Below are positions 37,885-50,200 of a stretch of DNA of 64,000 nucleotides, one piece after another (within the stretch, counting starts at the first letter, position 1; each line of letters opens with the position of its first letter). The notes beneath the pieces are model-generated. The model saw nothing but the letters and a program-made list of their open reading frames with translations. It was not told the DNA's origin and ran no database searches. The stretch covers positions 13,594,359 to 13,658,358 of the forward strand of contig OZ316893.1 of assembly GCA_973895155.1 (NCBI GenBank), written 5' to 3'. The DNA is from Marsupella aquatica (lineage: Eukaryota > Plantae > Marchantiophyta). A program made the position numbers and the translations under genes.

Positions 37885-40503
37885 ATGGATGCCGCTACAA
37901 CGACCCTGCCAGCGCCAAGCTCCAGTTCCACATCTCAGCCCCACTCAGCAGCAGCACCCACCCAGGTGCCCGTAAGCCTGAGGCCGGGAGGTGGCGGTCG
38001 CTTTTCTTTTAGACAGAATTCTGGAAGCATTGGCGGTGGTGGATCAGCAACTTCGTCCGATTCTTTTTCCGGATCGTCAGCATTGGCAGGAAGGGTTTCT
38101 GGCTTCACACCAGGAGGTGCTCCAAACCCCACTTTTCCATACCGCCAACAAGAGAAGAGATCCACCAAGTCTAAAAGTGAACTAATCCGCTATTCCAAGG
38201 ATGAACTATTGCGATTAAAGGAGCATTGGACCGCATTACCGGAGGAGATTGCTGGATCGGATGTCCAGCGGTCGAGCAGAGCTTTGGACGATTCAGTTGT
38301 CCGCCGGGAGCCGACTTATATTCCAGAGAGGTCTGTAGAGCCCGATAGTAGGGATTGGCGAGCTCGCACGCCAATGTCCGCACCCCCTCCCGAGCAAGAG
38401 AGAGATAGACAGGAGAGACCCCGAGATCAGTACCGGGAGAGGCCCGTACTCAAGGAGAACAGGGGCCCAGGCGATCGCCAGCAGAATCCCCAGTCCCAAA
38501 ATCGTGTCTTAGATCAAACTCCATCTCAAAACAATCAACAGCAGCAGCAGCAGCAGCAGGGAGCTGGCCCTGCCATCGTAAAATCAGCGAATCCGTGGTC
38601 AGCCAGACGAGGAGCACAGTCAGAGAAGGAAAAGATAATCAAGACTGTTAAAGGTATTTTGAATAAGCTCACACCAGAAAAGTATGATACTCTCCTGGAG
38701 CAGCTTACACAAGCAGGGATCACATCTGATGAGATTCTGCAGGGTGTCATCTCGTTGGTTTTTGACAAAGCAGTCCTCGAGCCCACATTTTGCTCCATGT
38801 ACTCCATGCTTTGCGTTGATCTCAGCAAGGCTCTTCCAGAGTTCCCTCCTGCCGAGCCGGGCGACAGGCCCATCACGTTCAGGAGAGTGTTGCTGAACAC
38901 CTGCCAGTCGGAGTTCGAGGGAGCAGATGCGCTCCGGGCCGAAATTCGCCAGCTGACGAAGCCGGAACAGGAGCAGGAACGCGCAGAGAAGGAAAGGAAT
39001 GTGAAGCTGCGGACGTTAGGAAACATCAAATTCATCGGAGAGCTCTTCAAGCAAAAGATGATCCCAGAAAAGATCGTGCACTCCTGCATCCAGGAACTTC
39101 TCGGACCCGAAAAGGATTTCCCGGCTGAGGAGAATGTGGAGGCACTATGCCAGCTATTGTCCACAGTGGGCAAGTCGTTAGACGCCAGCTTAAAATCCCA
39201 TCCTGCCATGGATACCTACTTTGTAAGGCTGCAGGACCTTGGCAACAAGAAAACACTGCCATCCCGAATTCGGTTCATGGTCCGGGATATCCTGGACGTG
39301 CGGAGTAACGCCTGGATTCCAAGGCGGGAGGAAGTGAAGGCAAAAACAATTAGCGAGGTACACGCCGAGGCAGAACAGAAGCTTGGACTTCGGGCTGGAA
39401 GTGTTAGTATGAGGGTTGGCCGGACTGGAGCTGCTGCGGGTTTGATGCCTGGTGGTATGATGCCAGGTGCACCGGGTTCTGTAAGAGCGGGTGGGATGAT
39501 GCCCGGGATGCCTGGAATGCCCGGCTTCGTACCGTCAGTTGGGGGACCCCCTCCATTTAGTCAGGGATTGGATGATGATGGCGGTTGGGAAACTGTTGGC
39601 TCTATCCGCAAGAGCAAGCGGGAGCCTTCAGCAACTGCCACTGCAACTTCTGCATACAATCGGCTGCCATATCCAGGGATGAGAACCTCAAGAATAGGTA
39701 CGCCTAGCGCTTTGCTTGGTAAATCTAGTGCTTTGCTTGGGACTTCCGCCCCCGCTCAACCCCCTGTCGCGGCGTTTGGGAATGGACCTGGTGTTGGTGA
39801 TGCAGGACCTCGTCCTGTGCCCCCCAGTATTCATCCTCCAGCAGCAGTAGAGATTCCTGCCAAGGCCCCGGAAAGGGATAGTCGTCCTGAAATACCTGCA
39901 TCTACTGCCCCACCAAGTGACCAACAAGTGACTCAGCTGAACAGAAAATCAGAATCACTTCTTAACGAGTATTTCTCAATAGTTGACCTTAAGGAGGCCG
40001 CTCTTTGTGTCAAAGAGCTGGGGGGTCCTGACCTTCATCCCCAATTTGTGCAATTCGTCTTGGCGGTGGTGTTTGACAAAAGAGATCGGGAGCAGGAGCT
40101 CGTCTCAAAGTTGTTTGATTATCTTCACTCGGAAAAGATACTCTCAAGTGAAGCCTTCAGGTCGGGTTTTATCCGTTCAGCCGAACAGTTCGAAGATGTT
40201 GCTGTAGATGCACCATTGGCACCCAAACTAATGGGGAAGTTGCTGGCGGGCTTGGTGTTGAGTAAGGCTGCTGATATCGGCCTGTTGGTAGAGGTTTGCA
40301 AGAAGGTTGAAGAGGATGACTACCTTCGCAGGGCTGTGCTTGGATCCACATTCAAGTCATTGCTTTCCAAAAGTAACGAGGGGCAAACTGTGGCACTTTT
40401 CAGGACCTTGTCCCCAGAGGATCTGAGTTTGTTTGGTGAAAAGAGTGACCTTACCAAGACTCTTAAAGGAGAAGGACTCGATGCTTTAGCTCTTTCTCTA
40501 TAA
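37885..40503 (+). CDS. eIFiso4G: Eukaryotic translation initiation factor iso4G, 872 aa, single coding exon
   Basis: N-terminal SLRPGG motif; eIF4E-binding YxxxxLL (YSKDELL); MIF4G domain ([49 protein letters not shown]); C-terminal MA3 domain ([21 protein letters not shown]). Confidence 0.96.
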   Translation: MDAATTTLPAPSSSSTSQPHSAAAPTQVPVSLRPGGGGRFSFRQNSGSIGGGGSATSSDSFSGSSALAGRVSGFTPGGAPNPTFPYRQQEKRSTKSKSELIRYSKDELLRLKEHWTALPEEIAGSDVQRSSRALDDSVVRREPTYIPERSVEPDSRDWRARTPMSAPPPEQERDRQERPRDQYRERPVLKENRGPGDRQQNPQSQNRVLDQTPSQNNQQQQQQQQGAGPAIVKSANPWSARRGAQSEKEKIIKTVKGILNKLTPEKYDTLLEQLTQAGITSDEILQGVISLVFDKAVLEPTFCSMYSMLCVDLSKALPEFPPAEPGDRPITFRRVLLNTCQSEFEGADALRAEIRQLTKPEQEQERAEKERNVKLRTLGNIKFIGELFKQKMIPEKIVHSCIQELLGPEKDFPAEENVEALCQLLSTVGKSLDASLKSHPAMDTYFVRLQDLGNKKTLPSRIRFMVRDILDVRSNAWIPRREEVKAKTISEVHAEAEQKLGLRAGSVSMRVGRTGAAAGLMPGGMMPGAPGSVRAGGMMPGMPGMPGFVPSVGGPPPFSQGLDDDGGWETVGSIRKSKREPSATATATSAYNRLPYPGMRTSRIGTPSALLGKSSALLGTSAPAQPPVAAFGNGPGVGDAGPRPVPPSIHPPAAVEIPAKAPERDSRPEIPASTAPPSDQQVTQLNRKSESLLNEYFSIVDLKEAALCVKELGGPDLHPQFVQFVLAVVFDKRDREQELVSKLFDYLHSEKILSSEAFRSGFIRSAEQFEDVAVDAPLAPKLMGKLLAGLVLSKAADIGLLVEVCKKVEEDDYLRRAVLGSTFKSLLSKSNEGQTVALFRTLSPEDLSLFGEKSDLTKTLKGEGLDALALSL

Positions 40504-43090
40504 ATTTCGTACCTCATGGAATGTTCTTCTTTACCAAGAAATGTTTATCTTTAAGATTACATAAAAGAATGGTTGCCCTGTAACGAAAAACAAGATGCAA
40601 GTCTTGGACCTTCAGTCTTCAAGGACTTCTACAATTATGAGTCCCTGTTTTGACATCTTTTGTGGAGAGCATTTGATTTGTTTGACCTGGAGGCTTGCGT
40701 GATCTATGAGGGGACCATTTCCGACCAAAATGGTTGGATGGATTCCAGTTACTATCCTGCATGATACAATTTTGAATACGTCAGCAGCGCAACAAGTGCA
40801 CGAACGTCAGTAATTGAGCCGGACATGGCTTTCACTTGTCCCAGAGATGAGGCAAATCAAGAGCCCTCTGAACGCTTGTCTGAGAAGACTTGACCCAATA
40901 TTGCTTATCAATGACCACGAACGTAGAGAACGTTCTAATGGTTCTGGTAAAACCGTTTGCTTGAGTAGGTGGGATAACATAAAGGCCAAGGCCCTTGGAT
41001 GTAGTATTCGTTGGCACGTTTATTTCTTTGAGTGCATGCGGTATCGTCGTAGGTATGGTACCCATTTTCATTTTATATGTTTATGGGACGGAAGGATTCG
41101 AACATTTCATTGTCCCTACCTGACAGGTAGTATGGTGCTCTGATGTTCTCGAGGATAGGATTAGTTTTAAGTAGGGTATGCTGTGAAATGCTTACCGCCA
41201 CTGAGGTGAGACGAGTCGAGTTCGGTCCTTTGTATTTGCAATCTCCTGTTGTGTATAATTCAGGAAAGCAGCCTAACTTGTTAATTATGTGTCGTATAAT
41301 GACTTCTAGAATATGTCTGTTGAATGTTATATACACATATAGTCTTAAGTCATTGGACTAGTGGGTTTACATAGGCGGTTCAGTAAAAGCGCAAAGGGCT
41401 TTACGAACGAACACCAAGAGCCGATAGCCCATATAGCAATGTGTGGTGTTGAAGTCGAGTGAATGTGCTAGGATGGCGTTATATATGGGAGGTTTGGTTT
41501 GGTGAATTTAAAGCATTAGAATCATCTTTTAATATGTACAATCTGGAGCATATAACCTTCATCCAAGAAGGCAAAGTTGTAGTGGCCACGGTTCTCCTTG
41601 GTCAGTCTCCGTGACTCTCCTGCACTTCTTCTGTATTCACCTTGATTGACTGAATTTTTCCATGATGCCGTTACTGGCTCTACAAGTTGACGAAGTCATG
41701 GAACACCTCTATTACGGTACCAGCAGTCTGGAAGCATTGATTTCTTGCTGGAAATTATCTTCAAAATTCAGTGTCGACACTTCATGTCCTGTTTTCTCAG
41801 GCTAACGACTGACTCCACTGCCTGTTGTAAGTATGGCTTTATGATCAGTAATATTTTGGTTCTCTATTAACCTGGCCAGGAACTGTGCGACTTTAATTTG
41901 CAGCTCACGAAGATGCTTGGGTAAGACAATGGATGTTTAATCAGGTGCACGCGGCAGGCAATGACTCAACCAGTTACTTAAGAATTTGGTCACCTGGTTT
42001 CTGAAAGTGATTTTGCTACTGGTGCGCTATGTGGCTTGAATGACTCCGCAAGACTATCTGGAGCTGACTCTGCAAGACTATTCCAAGGCGTCTCTTCAAG
42101 TTTCTTGGATAAATTGTCCTTAGCTGAGTGAGTCAAACGTTTGGTTGCGAACGCAGAACTCTCAATCTGAATTCTGCTGCTTTGCGACTGCATCCATCCA
42201 TTTGTTTGTGGCATGGTTCAACATTCTCGATACTTGGCATCCGAGTGTGACCACATGTACTGCATGCACATCTTCATATCCTCCTAAAGGAATCCCACGT
42301 TGTCTTTGGCAGCCACAACAGCGGCCAGAGGCTGACCTCATCCCCCTCCAAGCCCTCAAGCCTTGTATCCCATCCTCCATCTTTTTCTGTTCAAACCAGG
42401 ACGTGCTGTATGTATACCAAATTGTTTGGTTGCATTTGAACCATTGAAGGGATATAGAATCGTGAACGGCACCAACACCCTTGCCGTCCACATCTCAATC
42501 TGTCTTCACGAGAACACTGGAAGCCTAAGCGGGCTGGAAGCAATCTGCTCTGCTTTTAGGAAGCCATAAAGCAAATTGTGAATCGGAGAGTGGGCAACCG
42601 CATAATCGACGTTTGTGGATGACAACTTCAAAGCGAGAGTGACTCTGAATGTGCAGACTTTTTTCACCGTTTCCCGTCTTAACAGTAAAATTATGGGCGT
42701 GTGACCAGCAGGTCTCATGTTCAGTCCCTGGGCAGACAATTATGCATGTTGGGTTTTTATAGTAACTATAACAAATAAATGACAGCTGTTAAGATAGCCC
42801 AACATTGAACTAAATAAAATACCAGTGGACATCGAGGGGAAATTTTATTTATTTATTTTGGATTTGTTGGAAATGGTTTGAAACAATCTTTCCAAGGAGC
42901 CTAATGTCATCAAAATTCATTGAGAATTGAGAGACTTACTAATTTCCAAAGAGGGCTGTCTTGTTTCTTGCCACATTTATTCATACTGTACATGAACTAT
43001 ACGAGCCAAAAAGAGGGTTTTGCTCCAGTCCCTCCAGGTTGCAAAAGTCTATTGGACCATTTTAGCGAGCAAGGAGGTCCATTTAGGTGT

Positions 43091-43528
43091 TGTCACACCA
43101 TTAGGAGTATATTGTGTTGTCTGAGTTGAGAGCTTTGATGTGTGTGCTATTTTAGCACTTTAGGGTTTCTCTACGTTTGGAGGTATACTTATCCCTTGTG
43201 GTGGCTTGGAGACATCATCTTTTCAATGTTGAGCCTTCAAGCATGAGCTTTGGCGGGCTATGGTGGCCAATCAGACTTGTATGCATGCAACACTAATTCC
43301 TTTAAGTGCAAGGCATGTTTGGCTTGACATTTGTGTGTTATCAGATTGGACAGGACCAATTGGGTATTGTTGGCTTTGATCTTTGCTTGATTCATTGAGA
43401 TCATTGTGGGTTTGTATATGTGGACATGAGTTCCACTTGTATTCCATTCTCCTATGTTTGTTTGTGCCTATGTTTTGACGTGTGTGCCACACAATGTATA
43501 TTGTTTAGCAATGTGTATGGGCACGATA
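43091..43528 (+). mobile_element. Diverged solo A-B terminal repeat of the split-repeat Gypsy family
   Basis: Starts TGTCACACCATT and retains ATCTTTTCAATGTTGAGCCTT and GCTATGGTGGC (A). Junction is GAGATCATTGTGGG, followed by TGTGGACATGAGTTCCACTTGTATTCCATTCTC (B). Ends GCACGATA. Inserted between two ~100-bp repeat units (42991-43085 and 43534-43628). Confidence 0.85.
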
Positions 43529-45356
43529 GAGTGTATGAACTACATGAGCAGAAAAGAGTGTTTTGCTCCTGTCCCTCCAGGTTGCAAAAGTGTATTGGAG
43601 CATTTTGGAAAGTGAGTAGGTCCATTTATGCTTCAATTTCCTTAAAAAAAATTCATGAAATGTTTCCGGGTTCAGAGGTGATGTTTTTCATTCACACAAG
43701 AAATAATCAAGGTTCGCTCATATGGATGCAGACAAACTTAAGCCACCATCAAGTCCCATTGCATCTCCTCATAACTTTTGTTGGTCCTTTTTCAAAAAAA
43801 TTATGAGTTCCTTCAAAAGAGGACTTTTTTCTCTGCTTTTTCCCCTTTATTGGGTATAGCCATTGGGATCCTGTCTCCCAGTTAGGCATCTTTGTTCATT
43901 CTTTTGGTACAGCTTAGCTTCATGGAAAGGTTTAATACTCTGGGACAAGAAATTGCGCCTGTGTTCATAAGGTAGCAAACCTGAAGTTATGATGGACCAC
44001 AACATTTGACAAGATGCTTGGTTAGAACATTACAAACCCCATAGACTAATTTGAAATGGTACTTTTCTCTCAAATAGCACCTGCCTTTGTATTAAACTAA
44101 ACATTTTTGGTGTCAAAATGTGTTGGTCTGGCAGAGTCCTAAGCTCAAATTATGTGGTCCATCAGTATGCTCTTTCAGTCCTTTTTGAACATATGTTAGG
44201 TTCGCTCATGAGGGGATTCTTGTAAATAAAGCCAGAGTGAGGTGCTTCTCACTTTGGGAAATGCCCTTCCCCCACGAGTGTGCAACCTCGGATGGGCACA
44301 AATATTTGACATAGCTTCTCAGATATACACAGGAACTTTACAATGTCACACTACTCCTGGGATTGTCAGGGGGGGGGGGGGTTCACTTAATGAATTGTGT
44401 GGGGGATACCGCATGCAAAACCACATGAGATCCTGGCCTAATTTAAATATCCCTATCTCATAAATAAACATTTATGAATACTACTATATCATTATGTTAA
44501 ACAACCTGGTGAATACTACTATTATCATTATGTTAAGGTGTAGTTTCTAAAAGATATATATAATTGGAAAACACTATCTAGTTTTGCATTTAGAACACCA
44601 TGTCTTAATTCTTAGTACCCGTTATAAAAATTATCAAATCAAACAACATAAAAATATGTAATTTTAATGACACTGTGTTCGTTCCTTTTTGTACTTTACC
44701 CCAAAGTCGCTGTATGGGAGTGTAATAGCTTAGATACACATTACCCATGGTAACCAAGGCAATTCAACTCCTTCACTTGAGTAAGAATGGAAGCCCCGGA
44801 CAGAATACTGGAATCCATTGAAAACCTTATATTACCAGTCAAATACATGTCTATACGTCTCAACACTCTACTTCACTTTGTTGAGTCAAAGGACAGTTCA
44901 AATACAAACGGGAAATAGGGAGGGTTTTCCATTGAGACCTTGTGTTCTTCATGAATCTCCTGCTTGTAGTTAGTAGAGATTTTTCTATGGTTTCATCTAT
45001 GGTGCCGTTTGGCTTCTTTCTCCCCTTCAAGCTGTCTCTAATTAGTGGTGCTTGTCTTCATAACTGCCAATAGTGATAAGATCAATATAGTAGAGTGCCT
45101 CAATGCTTGATGGATATGGGTGATGACTTTTGGCCATAAAGAAATGGCCACAACAATTTGCACAGGGTTGTGTAAAGGTTTTTTAAATTTGTGTTAACTA
45201 GCCTCTTCATTCACTTATAGTTATGGCATATGCTCATCCTTTATGACAAATTTTTTATGAATTATGAATTTTTTCTGTTATAACCCTTAACCTAGTAGGT
45301 AATATCAACTTTTGAGGTTTGTGACCCACTAATTATCGCATAAGCTGCGTCTCCTT

Positions 45357-45430
45357 CTGGCATATGGCCCAGTGGATAAGGCGCTAGTCTTTGGAACTGA
45401 AGATTCTGGGTTCAATTTTGAGTATTGGCA
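45357..45430 (+). pseudogene. tRNA-Arg-derived pseudogene / SINE-like head
   Basis: ATGGCCCAGTGGATAAGGCGCTAGTCT..GAACT.AAGATTCTGGGTTCAA resembles plant tRNA-Arg(ACG). The acceptor stem, anticodon and T-arm are degraded. Confidence 0.65.
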
Positions 45431-47283
45431 ATCACCAGCGCATTTGTGAGTGGTACAAATTTGCCAAAGTCCACCTCATTGAAAAGTCTTTGCCAATTTT
45501 GGTAAACCTGACCATAGCTTTGTCTTTGATTAGCCAGTCTTTCTACCTAGCCACAGACCCCATTAGCCAGAATCTAATGGTTATCCTAAAATCTAGGGAG
45601 ATCTAACGGTCAGAATATAATGTTGTAAGATTACATATATAAGAAACACATTTAGCATCTTTTCTTTCACACATGCACGGTGACATTTGCCACTATGGGA
45701 AAAAGAAAAACTCCTTAACAATTACCATGCTGATCACCCTTTTGCTGCTGATTCTGAAGTAGTAAGGTGTCGGGCGGGTATACTATTGCGGCAAGGTATA
45801 GCATCCAGGTAAAGGTAAGGTATTGCAATTTAACCTTACCCAACATGTATTGAATTTTGCTATACCTTGTGTAATACCTCACCTGGCAGGTATCCGCCCG
45901 TCTTGTACCTTGTCTAATACCTTACCTGGCAGGTATAGATTTTGCTATACTTGTACTAATACCTATTAATACCTCCCATGTATAGAGAGGGGTATAGGCC
46001 AGGTATTTATTTATGAAAAATACTTGTGCAAGGGTACTACATGGGCGGTTGCCGAAGCTGTCACTTCAGTTTTGAGCCCTGTGGTGACTCAGTGCATCTT
46101 GTCGGATGTTTTGCATGCAGCCATAGGATTGAGCATAGATTTGAAGGTTGAGGTTGAAAGGAGAACATAGGTTTTCCCAATCCCTATTGTTGGAGAGTTT
46201 GAGTCTGAGCTGGTGATGCTTCATTCACAGATGGCAAGTGAAGCTTTGGCAGTCCTCCGTCCCTTTCTTTCGTTTTGCCAAAGCTATTGCACTGATGGTG
46301 TACATAACATGGTATGCATGATGCTTGATCCAGGTACAAAGATTTGCAAGACCTTATTAAGTAAGTGGGAATATATAGATAGGGCTAAGGTCCTTGTGAG
46401 TCTTTATGAGGAGCATGACATGGTGCCAATGGTCATGGCTGCTCGTAGATTTATGAGACCGGAGCATGAGACTGTAAGTTCTAGATCCTACCCCTGGGGT
46501 ACATGTGCATGCATCTTTGTTTGGGGAAGGTCCATGTTCACAAGCTGCATTGCACCATGTGTGCAAGGCCAAGTTAGATATGTCTAGGCGAGCTCACATC
46601 CCATTGGGTGTGGCTCCCTTTGCTTGATGGAAGGAGAATGAGAGGACTTACCCTGTAGTTGGATTTTTGGCTAGACAATTTCTTGGCATTCCTGACTCCC
46701 CAATCGGGTCCCAAATTGAATACGAGCGCATATTCTCGATTGCTGGTTTGTTGACAAACATTAGTTGACATAGGCTTGGGTAGTTGGGGTTGGAAAACCT
46801 TGAGATTTTGGTGATGATCTCCAAGAATTGGCCAGATGATTGTAGGGTAGACGTGGTTTTGGAGAGTGCTAACATTGGTGACTTCTTGGCTACGGAAGGT
46901 GATATCATTGATGCTGCTGAGGATGAGTCGGTTGATGCAGGATTGGTGGAGGATGAGCCTTGACTATAACATTTATTAGTTTTGATAGAAGTGGTCCCTA
47001 AAGTCAAAGCATATGTTGCATCGCCTAGTGTTAAATGTAAATTGTGCAAGTTAAAGGTGACTATGATTTTTCTTGATAACATATTGGAGTTTGAGTTCAA
47101 ATTTTGGGTCAAAATTTGCTATAATGAGTCTTAATTTACTATACCTTAATTTACCTATACCCTTATTACCCCAGTATAGCTCGCCCTAAACTCTATACCT
47201 ATACCCGGTCTATAATCTGAGTTTATTTTTTTAATATACCTCTCTATTCGGAATTTTGTTTGGGGGACCTTATATACCAATCC

Positions 47284-50200
47284 TGTTGGGTATTTACTCT
47301 TACGTCTAGGTTAGGTATGACGTGGTTGGTACACCAACGTGGGTTGGTACAACTACGTGGTTAGGTACAACTACGTGATTAGGTACAACTATGTGGTTAG
47401 GTACAACTACGTGATTAGGTACAACTATGTGGTTAGGTACAACTAAGTTGCACACTATATCATAAGAGGCATGTGTGCTTGGAGAGGTAGAACCAAGGCT
47501 CATTGTTATGGAGCCACTTGAGAGATAGGGAGAGCTTACACTGTGGAGACTCGGTATAGCCGACGGGCTTAGAGTTCAGTAAAGCTCTCTTGTGTGTTCC
47601 CGTGGAGGTAGCCTCAAGGAGGTGAACCACATATCTTTTGTGTCGACTATTGTGCGTTGGATGGTTCATGGGCTTGCCGTTGCGATCGTCGTCTATGCTC
47701 AACAATTGGTATCAGAGCATGCTTGGGAGGTGACGTGTGTTCGTGACGGGATTTCATGACGGTTTTTTCCAGCGTTGAGTGTCGGTGGATTTCCCAGAGT
47801 TCCGTCGCATGGAACTTGGAGTTTATGGGCTCAACGGATAGATCAGGGCAAGAGCTTTCTAACGGTGTGAAGAAATCGCTGAACGGAGCTCGTGGTGCAG
47901 AGAGATCTAAGTTTTTCATCGTTCTGGATTTTGTGAAGAAAGTTGGCAATCGACTCGGAGGGAGAAGCGTCAAGTGTTTTTACTCAACGGAGAGATTGAG
48001 GCAAGACGATTGTTTTGAGTCTGGGATTGGCTCTTTGATGCAAAGAGGAAGGCTAAGAAAAATCAATTACCTTGTTGGACTTGGTGACGACACCAAGTGC
48101 AATTGATCAACATTCGTTGTTGACAAGGTACCATTTTTTTCTCTTTGAAAAACTGATTCGAAATTGGCTATGGCAATTGAGAGAAATCTGTCATCTTTAC
48201 CAATTTTTTCTCCCTCATTCTTTCCTCGTTTTGGGTGCTTCTTATATCGATCTTCACCACCTCGGAGTCTAGTTTCCAAATCTGAAATCAGATCTTGATT
48301 TCGTCAAAACCCGAGTGAGATATCTTGCGTTTGGTGTCGAGGGGTACATTCTGCCGTGTGTATTTTCTGCGCGCGCGACCAGATTTCGACGACGAAGGGT
48401 GGTAGGGGGTTTTGGGGGTTCGAGGACACGTGTCAGCCCCTCGATTGTTCTTCCAAAATTCCCACAGGGCCTGTACAAGGGTCATAGAATATTCCAAAAA
48501 ACCAGAGAGCTATTTTTTGACCGTCCGACAAAGATTTCATCCGCCGAACGGTAACTTTTTTGGTTATTTTTCGGCGAGGTCGTAGCCATTGAAGTTGGCA
48601 ACGTGGCGCACCAATCACATCGCAATTCCGACAACGGGTTGTACTTGGTATTTTGGTTATTCCCTGAGGTGGTCAAAACGGGGGAGTTTCCCAAGGTTTT
48701 ACCCACCTCGACCGAAATTTGAATAACTTTTCCGTCAAATTTCGATTTTGATTTCGGTTTTCAGTATTGGACTCCTAGCTTTGTGGGCTACGCGGCGGTG
48801 TTGAGTTTCGAGTTTTTTGAGAAGTTGTGAAAAATAACATTTTTTGTGATTTTCTCATATGAGTGATTCGGAGGAGTTTTTCGAAGACGTGGAACTTGAA
48901 GCACGAGGATCACTGCAGAGGTTTCAGGGGCAGAGAGAGGAGCAGGAGGAAGAGCACGTGACATCGATACCATCACCGGTGCGACGTGTGGTGGAGGAAG
49001 CAGTACTACTACCGGAGCTCACGGTAGTGCCAAAGAAGAAGATGGGGACTTTCAAGCTTGGGGGACCCAAGTATGAAGTGACAAAGTATGATGGGCGCTC
49101 TGACTACTTGCTATGGGAGAAGCAGGTGAAGGGAGTGCTCTATGCGTCAGGGATGGGCCAACTGCTGAGCCCTCGTGAAGACGATGTTGATGAGAAACAA
49201 TGGGACCGCATGCAGGAGCAGGGAGTGTGGTGTGTTACACTCTATCTCATGCCTCCCATCATCAAGCAGTTGGGTGCACATAAGGATTGCATGTCCTTGT
49301 TTGCGGAATTGCAGAGCAAGTATCACCGTATGGAGTTGTCGAACCGGCTCTACACTTCCTACAAACTGATGAGTTTTAGGATGAAGGAATCCGGTACGAA
49401 GTTGCAAGACCATGTGGATGCTTTCAACGACATGGTCGTTGACTTGGAAAACCTTGGGGAGACTTTGAATGATGAGACGAAGGCTCTGCAGCTTCTTAGT
49501 TCATTGCCTCCATCTTACCAGTCCCTATCACGAGTGTTGTTGCATCGTGATAGGGATACCATTTCATACAATGACGTGGTAAGTTCTCTGCTTAGTGATG
49601 ATCTTTAGCAGAAGATGCACATCACGTCACAGCCTTCATCATCTGGTGCTGCCCTCAATGTTAACCATGGGAGGAGTATGCAGCGACCAACTGGGGACCG
49701 TAGAACCCAGTTTAGATCTAAATCCAGATCTAAGTCCAAGGGTAAATCCCCTCAGAGGAGGCAGGTGACATGTTGGAAGTGCAACCAAGTTGGACACTTC
49801 AAGCGAGACTATAAGGGAAAGGCAACGGAAACTTCATCGGCAAATGTGGCTAGGGCTGATGGAGAAGCTGATTTACTCAATGATGAGTATGTTTTATGAA
49901 GCCGGGGATATGCCCTGTGCACGTCATCTAGGAGAGAAGATGATGGGTGGATTCTTGATTGTGTTTGCTCTTTTCATATTTGTTACATTCGTGAGTTTTT
50001 CAGTTCTTACTCTTTTTCAAACGGTTCAGTTCTGATGGGAAATGATCACTCTTGTCAAATTAAGGGAATTGGGTCTGTGAAGATTCAAATGTTTGATGGC
50101 GCTATGCGCACAGTGTCTGGAGTCAGGTATGTACCTAGTATGCGTAAGAATCTGATTTCACTCAATGTGTTGGATTCAAATGGTCATCAATGGAGCGTTA

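Noticed and set aside
17073-40503. DCP2 and eIF(iso)4G as a functional cap-metabolism cluster
   Set aside because: They are 18 kb apart, separated by TEs, with no shared regulatory evidence. Chance adjacency is sufficient without synteny data.
41400-42750. Coding-like composition downstream of eIF(iso)4G
   Set aside because: Multiple stops and no recognisable motif, so it cannot be assigned.
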